Source: Candidatus Latescibacterota bacterium
GTDB taxonomy: Bacteria; Latescibacterota; Latescibacteria; Latescibacterales; Latescibacteraceae
Length of the DNA stretch: 64,000 bases
Assembly: GCA_042572165.1 (NCBI GenBank)
Contig: JBHPFF010000001.1
Location: 10,770 to 74,769 of the forward strand
Direction: 5' to 3'
The position numbers and the translations under genes are program-made. Below the pieces are notes generated by a model. It was not told the DNA's origin, ran no database searches, and worked only from the letters and a program-made list of their open reading frames with translations. This document shows, piece after piece, positions 56,501-64,000 of the stretch (its first letter is position 1; the number at the start of each line of letters is the position of its first letter).

Positions 56501-57786
56501 TCAGCAATTCCTATCAGTGATGCTCCTGTGGTGGAGTTGATCCTCACAGTGGCGAACGAACCGATATCCAATCCGTTTTTTGCAGCGGTAAAAACAACCG
56601 GTACAGCCGTATCGGTAAACCCGAACCAGCCTTTTCTGTCTTTACTTAAAGCTTTTATCAATACAACGTGAGCGGTGCCTATTAGTTCCCTGTTCTTTTC
56701 ATGGGATATTTCTCTCTGTAGTTCTATTGCTTCTTTCAGGCGCTCGATCCTCATCTGTTCAGAGACACTCCCAGGTAAACCGCATGCCTTTGTGCCAACG
56801 CGTTCCGAATAGCGGTAGAGGAACGCAAAATCGTATCTGACCGATTTCATAACCGATAGAGTTGCCCGAAAATCCTGTTCCGCCTCACCCGGAAAACCGA
56901 AAATCAAGTCAGTAGTAAGACTGATGCTGTCAACGCTTTTTTGTGTTTTCTCTACCAGCGCCAGGTATTCCGAAATGGTATACCCACGGTTCATCGCCTT
57001 GAGTACGGGGTCCGAGCCGGACTGAAGCGGTAGATGAAGATGCGGGCACACATTATCACGACCGGCCATGACAGCGAGAATATCGCCGGTCAGATCCTTC
57101 GGATGTGAGGTCAAAAACCGTATCCACCCGATACCTGTATCTGCAACCCTGTCCAGTAATGCGGCAAAATCCACCTTTCCGTCCCGGTAGGAATTGACAT
57201 TCTGGCCCAGCAGGGTAACCTCACGGCAGCCATTTTGTTTCAGATCTTCGATCTCTGCGATGATACGTTCTGATGGGATGCTTCGTTCCCTGCCTCTTGT
57301 ATAAGGAACGATGCAGTAAGAACAGTAATTGTTGCATCCCCGCATAACCGCTACCCACGCAGAGAACGGAACACTGCGCACAGGCTTAATGTCGCCATAC
57401 GTTTCCTCGAAATAAAGCTCAGTATCGACCACAGGCTCCACCGAAGCCCTGCGGATCATCTCCCCGAGCCTGCGGTATGAATCAGGTCCTGCGACAATTT
57501 TCACCACTTTCGACAGAAGGTCTCCTTTGAGCCTCTGCGCCATACAGCCTATTATACCGAATATAATCTCCGGTCGTTCTTTTTTAAGCTTCGACAATTC
57601 CGCAACACGCCCATGAATGCGCATCTCCGCATTTTCCCGCACACCGCAGGTGTTCAGGAGGATAACATCGGCATCGGAAATGTCAGGCGTGACACTGAAC
57701 CCGTCATTTTCAAGTATCGCTGCCGCAGTCTCCGAATCCAGTTTGTTCATCTGGCAGCCGTATGTTTCGATATATACATTCATCAA
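56497..57786 (-). CDS. miaB: tRNA-2-methylthio-N6-dimethylallyladenosine synthase (radical SAM methylthiotransferase)
   Basis: MTTase N-terminal YIETYGCQMNKLDSE. Radical SAM CNNYCSYCIVP. C-terminal TRAM domain. 429 aa. Confidence 0.9.
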   Translation of the reverse strand: MMNVYIETYGCQMNKLDSETAAAILENDGFSVTPDISDADVILLNTCGVRENAEMRIHGRVAELSKLKKERPEIIFGIIGCMAQRLKGDLLSKVVKIVAGPDSYRRLGEMIRRASVEPVVDTELYFEETYGDIKPVRSVPFSAWVAVMRGCNNYCSYCIVPYTRGRERSIPSERIIAEIEDLKQNGCREVTLLGQNVNSYRDGKVDFAALLDRVADTGIGWIRFLTSHPKDLTGDILAVMAGRDNVCPHLHLPLQSGSDPVLKAMNRGYTISEYLALVEKTQKSVDSISLTTDLIFGFPGEAEQDFRATLSVMKSVRYDFAFLYRYSERVGTKACGLPGSVSEQMRIERLKEAIELQREISHEKNRELIGTAHVVLIKALSKDRKGWFGFTDTAVPVVFTAAKNGLDIGSFATVRINSTTGASLIGIAE

Positions 57787-57924
57787 GTCTGTTGGTGAAT
57801 TCAGAATTCTGATTATCCGCTAACTGTATTGGTTATTTTATAAAAACTCTTATACCGGTAATAATTGTAAAATCTTGTGTGAGTCAACAGTTTTTTTGAC
57901 TTTGCATTCAAAAAAAGGAAAAAA

Positions 57925-57958
57925 AGGAAAAGCGGTCCGGAAACCGAACCGCCTTTTA
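57925..57958 (-). terminator. rho-independent terminator downstream of rpsA
   Basis: The minus strand reads GGCGGTTCGG-TTT-CCGGACCGC, followed by TTTTCCTTTTTTTCCTTTTTTT. Confidence 0.6.
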
Positions 57959-57985
57959 GACCTCTTAAAATAATATTAATCTGGA

Positions 57986-60397
57986 TTATTTGGTTTTTTC
58001 AACCTGTCCGGTTTCGGAATCAACTAGATCAGCATCCTCTGATGATACTACATCTTTATCCTCCGTGACATCTTCCGGGGAGTCGACCTTATCATCAGGA
58101 GTTTCAATTGAAACATCTTCTTCAGTGTCGGTAGTTCCAACCTCTTCTTTCTCTTCCGCCTCCGCTTCGGGAATTAATGCGGAATCACTTTCATCAGGAA
58201 CACCTTCAGCTTCTTCTGAAACGGTTTCAACCGGAACTGTATCCTCCGGAGATTCTTCATCTTTTTCCCCTGCGACATCTTCCGGGGAGTCGATCTTATC
58301 ATCAGGAGTTTCAATTGAAACATCTTCTTCAGTGTCGGTAGTTTCAATCTCTTCTTTCTCTTCCGCCTCCGCTTCGGGAATTAATGCGGAATCACTTTCA
58401 TCAGGAACACCTTCAGCTTCTTCTGAAACGGTTTCAACCGGAACTGTATCCTCCGGAGAGACCTCGGAATCCGAAGGGGCATCCTGAGTTTCCTCAACGG
58501 GCTCAGCTGCCGGTTCGATTTCGCCGGAGGGTTCGGCGGTTTCCTTCACTGCAGTTTCCGTTTCAGAAGCCTCCTTCTCCGAAGGAGTCTCCAGGGCTTC
58601 ACCGACTGTATCACCTATCGTCACTGGTTTGGGCTTGTGTTTGGCCATAAACTCTTCAAGTTCTGCCCTGTCTCTTTCTTCGAAATACTCTCTGACACTG
58701 AGAATGATCTTACGCTGGTCTTTGTCGAATTCTACAACTTTTAAAGGGATTTCATCGTCAATACTGAAAGCATCGACAGGTTTTTTAATGTCCTCACCGA
58801 GCTGGAATGAGGGTACAAATCCCTCAATATCGTTTTCAAGTGCAACAACAACGCCTCGATCGAGGATACGGATAATGATGCCTTTTGTAATCATTCCCAC
58901 AGCAAAGCGCACTTCAAGCGTCTCCCACGGGTCTTCGAAAATCTGCTTATGCCCCAGAGAAATACGCCTGTTTTCCTTGTTAATGTCAAGAATTTCAACT
59001 TCGACTACCTGTCCTCTCTTCATGATCTCGGAAGGATGCTTGATACGCTTTGTCCAACTCATGTCGGAGATATGTACCAGACCGTCGATACCTTCTTCAA
59101 TCTCAACAAAAGCACCGAAATTAGTGAGATTACGGACTTTGCCCTGGACACGACTTCCGATAGGATGTCTCTCATTTATGGTAGCCCAAGGATCCGGTTC
59201 AAGCTGTTTGATGCCGAGCGAGATTTTCTCTCCCGTTTTGTCCACATTCAGCACCTTGCACTCAATTTCATCACCGATACTAAACAATTTGGAAGGATGT
59301 CTTGTAGGCTGAGTCCAACTCATCTCGCTTATGTGGACAAGGCCTTCTATACCGTGCTCAAGTTCCACGAAAATACCGTAATCGGTAATTGAAACAACCT
59401 TGCCGTTGATAACTGAATCCAGTGAATAGCGTTCCTCCACACCTTCCCATGGATAGGGTGTTAGCTGTTTCATCCCAAGGGATATTCTCGTTTTCCCCTC
59501 TTCAAAATTAAGTACCTTAACGTCTATCGTATCACCGATCGAAACGAGTTTGGAAGGATGATTGATGCGGCCCCATGACATATCGGTTATGTGAAGCAGT
59601 CCATCAACACCACCCAGATCTATAAATGCACCGAAATCGGTGATATTCTTAACTATTCCTTGCCTGACCTGATCAATCTCGAGTTCGGCAAGAACTTTTT
59701 CACGCATCTTGGAGCGTTCTTCCTCGAGTACTGCGCGGCGTGATACAACAATATTCCGCCGGGTCTTATTGAGCTTGATTATCTTAAAATTACTTGTCTT
59801 GGATATATACTGGTCGAAATCTCTTACCTGGCGGATATCAATCTGTGAGCCCGGCAGGAAAGCATCGACACCAAGGATGTTGACAACTATACCTCCCTTG
59901 ATGCGTCTCATCATTTGGCCTTCAACTTCCTCATTATTATCATAAATATCTTTGATTCTGTCCCAGACTTTCATGAAGTCTGCTTTTTGTTTGGATAGAA
60001 CCAGCTGTCCTTCCTGGTTTTCGAAATTATCAAGATATACCTCAATAGTATCACCAATATCAATGTCGAGATTTTCACTAAATTCACTGAGGCTGATTAT
60101 TCCTTCACTCTTGAAACCGATATCAACGACGACAGCGCTATCAGTTACCTTCAAAACTGTGCCGGTTATAATGTTCCCCAGTTCGAATGTCTTCATGGTT
60201 TTATCGTACATTTCGAGCATCGAGGAGAATTCATTTTCGCTGTATTCACCTTCTTCTAAAAACCGTAAAGCTTTTTTTGTCAAGTGGTCACGAATGTTCA
60301 CATCGGGAGTGGGATCATTTTCTGTTTTTTGAGGTAATTCTTCCGAATCTGATGATTCGAGGGTTTCGGGTTGTGGGTTTAGGGTTTTTTCGGTCAC
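57986..60397 (-). CDS. rpsA: 30S ribosomal protein S1 with ~240-aa acidic, repeat-containing C-terminal extension
   Basis: Six S1 domains (e.g. GTVLKVTDSAVVVDIGFKSEGIISLSEF, GKVRNLTNFGAFVEIEEGIDGLVHISDMSW). The protein continues beyond about residue 560 with Glu/Asp/Ser/Pro/Thr-rich sequence. Confidence 0.9.
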   Translation of the reverse strand: MTEKTLNPQPETLESSDSEELPQKTENDPTPDVNIRDHLTKKALRFLEEGEYSENEFSSMLEMYDKTMKTFELGNIITGTVLKVTDSAVVVDIGFKSEGIISLSEFSENLDIDIGDTIEVYLDNFENQEGQLVLSKQKADFMKVWDRIKDIYDNNEEVEGQMMRRIKGGIVVNILGVDAFLPGSQIDIRQVRDFDQYISKTSNFKIIKLNKTRRNIVVSRRAVLEEERSKMREKVLAELEIDQVRQGIVKNITDFGAFIDLGGVDGLLHITDMSWGRINHPSKLVSIGDTIDVKVLNFEEGKTRISLGMKQLTPYPWEGVEERYSLDSVINGKVVSITDYGIFVELEHGIEGLVHISEMSWTQPTRHPSKLFSIGDEIECKVLNVDKTGEKISLGIKQLEPDPWATINERHPIGSRVQGKVRNLTNFGAFVEIEEGIDGLVHISDMSWTKRIKHPSEIMKRGQVVEVEILDINKENRRISLGHKQIFEDPWETLEVRFAVGMITKGIIIRILDRGVVVALENDIEGFVPSFQLGEDIKKPVDAFSIDDEIPLKVVEFDKDQRKIILSVREYFEERDRAELEEFMAKHKPKPVTIGDTVGEALETPSEKEASETETAVKETAEPSGEIEPAAEPVEETQDAPSDSEVSPEDTVPVETVSEEAEGVPDESDSALIPEAEAEEKEEIETTDTEEDVSIETPDDKIDSPEDVAGEKDEESPEDTVPVETVSEEAEGVPDESDSALIPEAEAEEKEEVGTTDTEEDVSIETPDDKVDSPEDVTEDKDVVSSEDADLVDSETGQVEKTK
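58050..58465. repeat. in-frame tandem duplication (~216 bp x 2, ~97% identical) inside the rpsA 3' extension
   Basis: Unit gtgacatcttccggggagtcgaccttatcatcaggagtttcaattgaaacatcttcttcagtgtcggtag... recurs from about 58272. It encodes SPEDTVPVETVSEEAEGVPDESDSALIPEAEAEEKEE(I/V)(E/G)TTDTEEDVSIETPDDK(I/V)DSPEDV twice. Confidence 0.85.
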
Positions 60398-60411
60398 GTA
60401 CGAATTCCTCC

Positions 60412-61737
60412 TTAAGAATTATATTTGGCCTTCTCCTTCAAGGCCATTTGCTTTTTATGTAACTTACCAATATCGTACATTATTCTTTTAGATACAAGTA
60501 AATAATGAATTTTCTTTGTTGGGGCTTCAATTTCTTTCGGACTGAAAATAGGAAGAAAATGTATGGTTATTTTTGTGAGGAATGGCTTAGCCCTGAAAGA
60601 TCCTTCGATATAGCACGGCACAACAGGCACATCAGCCATTATAGTGCACATGCCGACTCCTAACTTGGGTTTACCGAGTTCTCCTGTTTTTGTTCTGGTT
60701 CCCTCGGGAAATAGCATAAGTCCTCTTCCTTCTTTGAGCTTTTGAATCATTTCCTTGAGAGCTTGGCGAGAGAATCCTTGACGGTCAATCGCTATTGACT
60801 TGGACACTAATAGAAATATATTAGCTATAGGAACAGGAAAAAGTTCTTTCTTAGCTAAAAATGACATTTCACGGGGAACAATGCTTCCGATAAGGGGAGG
60901 ATCCAAAAATGATGCATGGTTTGATGCTACTATGAAACCACCCTCTTTCGGAATATGCTCAATTCCCTTGACAGAAAGCCTGAAGAGAATCTTTGCATTC
61001 AATAAAACAAAATATTGGCAAATACGGTATATAAATCCTATATTTGAACGTTTTTGATGTTTTTTCTCTGCCTTGCGCACATGCGATACAATTGCCACAA
61101 CCTGTTCATCCAGCGTCATATCGCTCGTATCAAAAACAACTGCATCATGAGCTTTTTTCAACGGTGCAAGTTCACGCTCTATATTAGCACGGTCTCTCTC
61201 TATAATTTCTTGTCTGAGATCTTCAAGCTTAATATCAATTCCTTTCGCAATCAGTTCGTTAAATCGTCTTTTAACTCTGATATCGATTGAAGCATCGAGG
61301 TAAATCTTGAATTCAGCGTGAGGAAAAACAACAGTTCCTATATCTCTTCCTTCCATGACCACACCACCGTTTTGCCCGAACTTACGCTGCAGTTCAGTGG
61401 CGAGGTCACGCACGCATTTCATGGCACTTACCGATGATACTGCTTTTGTCACATCCCTGTCGCGAATTCTCTCGGTTACATCGGTACCATTAAGCATGAT
61501 GCGATGCCCCTGGAGTGTGAAATGTAACGTTATCTTTGATTTCAAAACAACCTTCTCAACGGATTTTTCTTCCGTCGGGTCAACACCGTTATTCAGAACA
61601 TCAAGAGTAAATGCGCGGTACATTGCGCCGGTGTCAACATAAATGTATTTGAGAGTCTCTGCCACCCTCTTGGCGGTTGTTGTTTTTCCTGAACCTACCG
61701 GACCATCTATGGCTATTATCGGCTTTCGCATCGTCAT
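60412..61737 (-). CDS. cmk: bifunctional cytidylate kinase / 1-acyl-sn-glycerol-3-phosphate acyltransferase fusion
   Basis: N-terminal Cmk (IIAIDGPVGSGKTTTAKRVAE...YVDTGAMYRA). C-terminal LPLAT domain with NHASFLD (HX4D) and LFPEGTRT motifs. 441 aa. Confidence 0.85.
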   Translation of the reverse strand: MTMRKPIIAIDGPVGSGKTTTAKRVAETLKYIYVDTGAMYRAFTLDVLNNGVDPTEEKSVEKVVLKSKITLHFTLQGHRIMLNGTDVTERIRDRDVTKAVSSVSAMKCVRDLATELQRKFGQNGGVVMEGRDIGTVVFPHAEFKIYLDASIDIRVKRRFNELIAKGIDIKLEDLRQEIIERDRANIERELAPLKKAHDAVVFDTSDMTLDEQVVAIVSHVRKAEKKHQKRSNIGFIYRICQYFVLLNAKILFRLSVKGIEHIPKEGGFIVASNHASFLDPPLIGSIVPREMSFLAKKELFPVPIANIFLLVSKSIAIDRQGFSRQALKEMIQKLKEGRGLMLFPEGTRTKTGELGKPKLGVGMCTIMADVPVVPCYIEGSFRAKPFLTKITIHFLPIFSPKEIEAPTKKIHYLLVSKRIMYDIGKLHKKQMALKEKAKYNS

Positions 61738-62471
61738 GGACCATCCTCAATGTGGAAAAGAGAAACCGTTTTTTTTAACGTCTCAATCTCTTTATCATAA
61801 AGTGGTCTGTACCCACCCAAAGGCAAATCATCCGCTGTGATGCCGCCAAACGATATACGTTCAAGTACTTTCACCGGATGTCCAAGGCGTGCGAGCATAC
61901 GGCGTACTTGCCGCTTGCGTCCCTCGTGCATGGTAATCTCGATAAGCGACACATCCTCGCCGCTTTCAATTATATTCATTTTTGCCGGCACTGTGGGACC
62001 GTCTTCAAGAATCAAACCCTCATGCACCCTTTGTACGTCTTTTGTGCTTACTCTGCTCTCAACTTCTGCACGATACACTTTCTCTACTCCAAAAGATGGA
62101 TGTGTTAGACGGTATGCCAGATCACCGTCGTCGGTAAATAGGAGAACTCCGTAGGTGTTAGCATCGAGTCTGCCTACAGGGTAAACTCCTTTAGTCTCGG
62201 AACCAAGCAAATCAATAACCGTAGGTCTACCGTGGGTGTCGATCCGTGAAACGATAACTCCCATAGGTTTGTTCAAAATATAATAACGTTTTTCACGATT
62301 TATTACAAGGAGTTCACCATCAATGCTGACTGAATCTCTTGATGGCTCGATGGTTCTTGCGGGATCGGTAACAACTGTGCCGTTAACCCTGACCATTCCC
62401 TCTCGAATGATCTTTTCACCCTTTCTCCTTGATGCATATCCGCTTGCCGAAATGTAGCGATTAAGCCTCAC
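61734..62471 (-). CDS. rluB: rRNA pseudouridine synthase (RluB/RsuA family, N-terminal S4 domain)
   Basis: S4 domain MRLNRYISASGYASRRKGEKIIREGMVRVNG. Catalytic Asp context PVGRLDANTYGVLLFTDDG. Confidence 0.8.
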   Translation of the reverse strand: MRLNRYISASGYASRRKGEKIIREGMVRVNGTVVTDPARTIEPSRDSVSIDGELLVINREKRYYILNKPMGVIVSRIDTHGRPTVIDLLGSETKGVYPVGRLDANTYGVLLFTDDGDLAYRLTHPSFGVEKVYRAEVESRVSTKDVQRVHEGLILEDGPTVPAKMNIIESGEDVSLIEITMHEGRKRQVRRMLARLGHPVKVLERISFGGITADDLPLGGYRPLYDKEIETLKKTVSLFHIEDGP

Positions 62472-62501
62472 GTATTACGGGATGTCTCCTGTGCTGAATT
62501 G

Positions 62502-63125
62502 TTATTCGTTGTTGTGGTCAGAAAGTATATCGAGGGTATCGTCTGTAGATTCTCCCGTTGATGTTTCCAGAGATAGCTGAGCCGGTGGGGTTTCCTGAAT
62601 TTCTGTGCCGTCGAACATTGAGGCGAGTTCATCCGCTCCCGGCAGTTCTTTAATTTCTTTTAAACCGAAATAACGGAGGAATTCCTGGGTAGTGCCATAC
62701 AGCAAAGGCTTTCCAACAGATTCGCCTCTACCCTTTATCTCGATGAGATCACGGTTATGGAGTGTACGGATTGAAGCGTCGGAATCCACACCCCTGATGG
62801 CGTCTATTTCCGTCTTGGATATGAGCTGCTTATAAGCAATGATAGCCAGGGTTTCAAGAGATGCGCGTGACAGTTTCGGTCTCGATTTTATATGGAATAG
62901 TTTTTCAATAAAAGGGCCGTACTGGGCTAACGTTTCAAACTGAAATCCGCCAGCAACCTCAACAATTCTGAACGTCCTTCCCTCTTTCTCATAGCGACAG
63001 TTCAGGCTGTCAATAATATCCAGAAGTTCTGTGGCCGCGAGCCCATCGGTGATCTCGCAGAGCTTTTCCAACTCAACCGGCACATCTGTTGCGAAAAGAA
63101 CTGCTTCAATTATTTTTTCTCTCAT
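62502..63125 (-). CDS. scpB: segregation and condensation protein B
   Basis: IIEAVLFATDVPVELEKL winged-helix N-terminus, typical of ScpB. 207 aa. Confidence 0.85.
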   Translation of the reverse strand: MREKIIEAVLFATDVPVELEKLCEITDGLAATELLDIIDSLNCRYEKEGRTFRIVEVAGGFQFETLAQYGPFIEKLFHIKSRPKLSRASLETLAIIAYKQLISKTEIDAIRGVDSDASIRTLHNRDLIEIKGRGESVGKPLLYGTTQEFLRYFGLKEIKELPGADELASMFDGTEIQETPPAQLSLETSTGESTDDTLDILSDHNNE

Positions 63126-63948
63126 CTTCAGACCTTTTATAAATCATGATTCGTCCAAACTGTTTTGATTGACGCACGTAAATTTTTCTGTTCTTTATCA
63201 ATTCGAGAACAGCAATAAACGTCACAATAATAATAATACGAGACTGACCGCTAACCATTTTGACAAAATCCAGTTTACCGTGCTTATCAATAGCTGCTAA
63301 GATTTCATTCTGTTTCATTTCCGGGGTTATATTGAGAATTTCAACCTTGTGGGCATCCTTTTGCGGTACTGTCCTGAGCACATCACGGACTATAGTAAGC
63401 ATATCGAAAAGCAGATAATCCGGTGCAGTCTCTTTCTCCTTCCTGAATGCCGATACTCTGTGTTTTTCTCCGCCTCTCGGGTAAACACTGCGCCGGGCAT
63501 CTTCCTTTTCAGCCAACTTCTCGGCAACACCTTCCAGCTTCTCAAGTTCCATTAAATGCCTGATAAGCAATTTTCTCGTATCATCCTCATCTAGTTCGTT
63601 ATCATCAGCCTCCGGAGCTAAAAACAGACTACGGGATTTTATCTTCATCAGAATTGAGGCAACAACAATAAAGTCTCCTGCACTTTCAAGATTGATAAGT
63701 TTTATCAATTCAACGTACTCTAAATATTCCCTGGCAATCTCCGAAAGAGAAATTTCGTGAATATCGAGTTCTTTTTTCCTTATGAGATAGAGCAGAAGGT
63801 CGATTGGCCCCTCAAAAATGGAAAGCTTGACACGGTAATCATCATCCGGTTCCAATGAATCCATCTCTTCACCAGGAAACCGGTTGTTTTCTGTTGGATC
63901 GTGTGCAGGTGGAAAATCGGTAAGTGCAGGCATGGTTGAAAACATCAT
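63106..63948 (-). CDS. scpA: segregation and condensation protein A
   Basis: LSIFEGPIDLLLYLIRKKELDIHEISLSEIAREYLEYV: the conserved N-terminal motif of the ScpA kleisin. 280 aa. Confidence 0.85.
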   Translation of the reverse strand: MMFSTMPALTDFPPAHDPTENNRFPGEEMDSLEPDDDYRVKLSIFEGPIDLLLYLIRKKELDIHEISLSEIAREYLEYVELIKLINLESAGDFIVVASILMKIKSRSLFLAPEADDNELDEDDTRKLLIRHLMELEKLEGVAEKLAEKEDARRSVYPRGGEKHRVSAFRKEKETAPDYLLFDMLTIVRDVLRTVPQKDAHKVEILNITPEMKQNEILAAIDKHGKLDFVKMVSGQSRIIIIVTFIAVLELIKNRKIYVRQSKQFGRIMIYKRSEDERKNN

Positions 63949-64000
63949 CCTATTTTGATATAGGTCCGCCAGGTAGCTCGCAATGGGGCTCGTGCGAGAA

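Noticed and set aside
57990-59392. Ser/Thr-rich 165-aa and other plus-strand ORFs opposite rpsA
   Set aside because: They are antisense translations of the acidic repeat (GAx codons read as xTC/Ser). rpsA on the minus strand is unambiguous.
1-64000. CRISPR arrays or cas genes
   Set aside because: No regularly spaced direct repeats of 25-40 nt with unique spacers anywhere. The only tandem repeats are the in-frame rpsA duplication and short AT-rich simple repeats.

Overview
This 64 kb window (about 42% GC) looks like it comes from an anaerobic, diderm bacterium. Its core half is redox and housekeeping; the other half is a mosaic accessory region. All calls rest on motifs and family resemblance read by eye, with no searches run. 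My hand-counted coordinates for non-ORF features may be off by 1-2 nt.

Genes left to right:
- 0-10 kb: a divergently oriented Rrf2 regulator (Cx5Cx5C) and a heavy-metal RND efflux operon: TolC-like outer membrane factor, a His-rich CzcB-like adaptor lipoprotein, a CzcA/CusA pump and an unknown Cys-motif protein. A NifS/IscS-like cysteine desulfurase follows.
- 10-22 kb: a scarred accessory segment. It holds an orphan tRNA 3'-end fragment and a polyprenyl-synthase / FMN-binding-protein gene pair present twice. Each copy has lost a different member. Between them sit ApbE, an outer-membrane barrel-like protein, a 4-TM protein and a small secreted protein ending in CxxCH. A histidine kinase with a response regulator, two remnants of one IS630-family element, an IS1595 transposase fragment, hemA and a hexaheme c-type cytochrome lipoprotein complete the segment.
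- 22-39 kb: a divergent GlcD-like FAD oxidase, then rex (with a Rex operator). rex reads straight into a non-canonical Rnf-type cluster, rnfC-like / D / G / E / A. The expected rnfB is replaced by a membrane-anchored fusion of an NqrF-type 2Fe-2S domain and a NuoE domain. A HydB/HydC-type NADH-dehydrogenase module (NuoF-like) follows. After it come the DRTGG, CBS-ATPase, PHP and ATPase regulatory genes that usually accompany bifurcating [FeFe]-hydrogenases. The hydrogenase catalytic domain is absent, and a fused MetF-MetV methylene-THF reductase is present instead.
- 39-49 kb: a radical-SAM gene plus a B12-binding radical-SAM gene, an IS256 pseudogene, an exported nitroreductase, AT-rich hypothetical genes, and a GC-rich two-gene islet (a Tat-exported enolase-superfamily enzyme and a secreted cupin) beside an intact tRNA-Gly(CCC).
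- 50-64 kb: a conserved minus-strand block: miaA, mutL, mutS, a TPR-SPOR protein, miaB, rpsA with a repeat-containing acidic C-terminal tail, a cmk-plsC fusion, rluB, scpB and scpA.

No CRISPR arrays or rRNA genes were seen.
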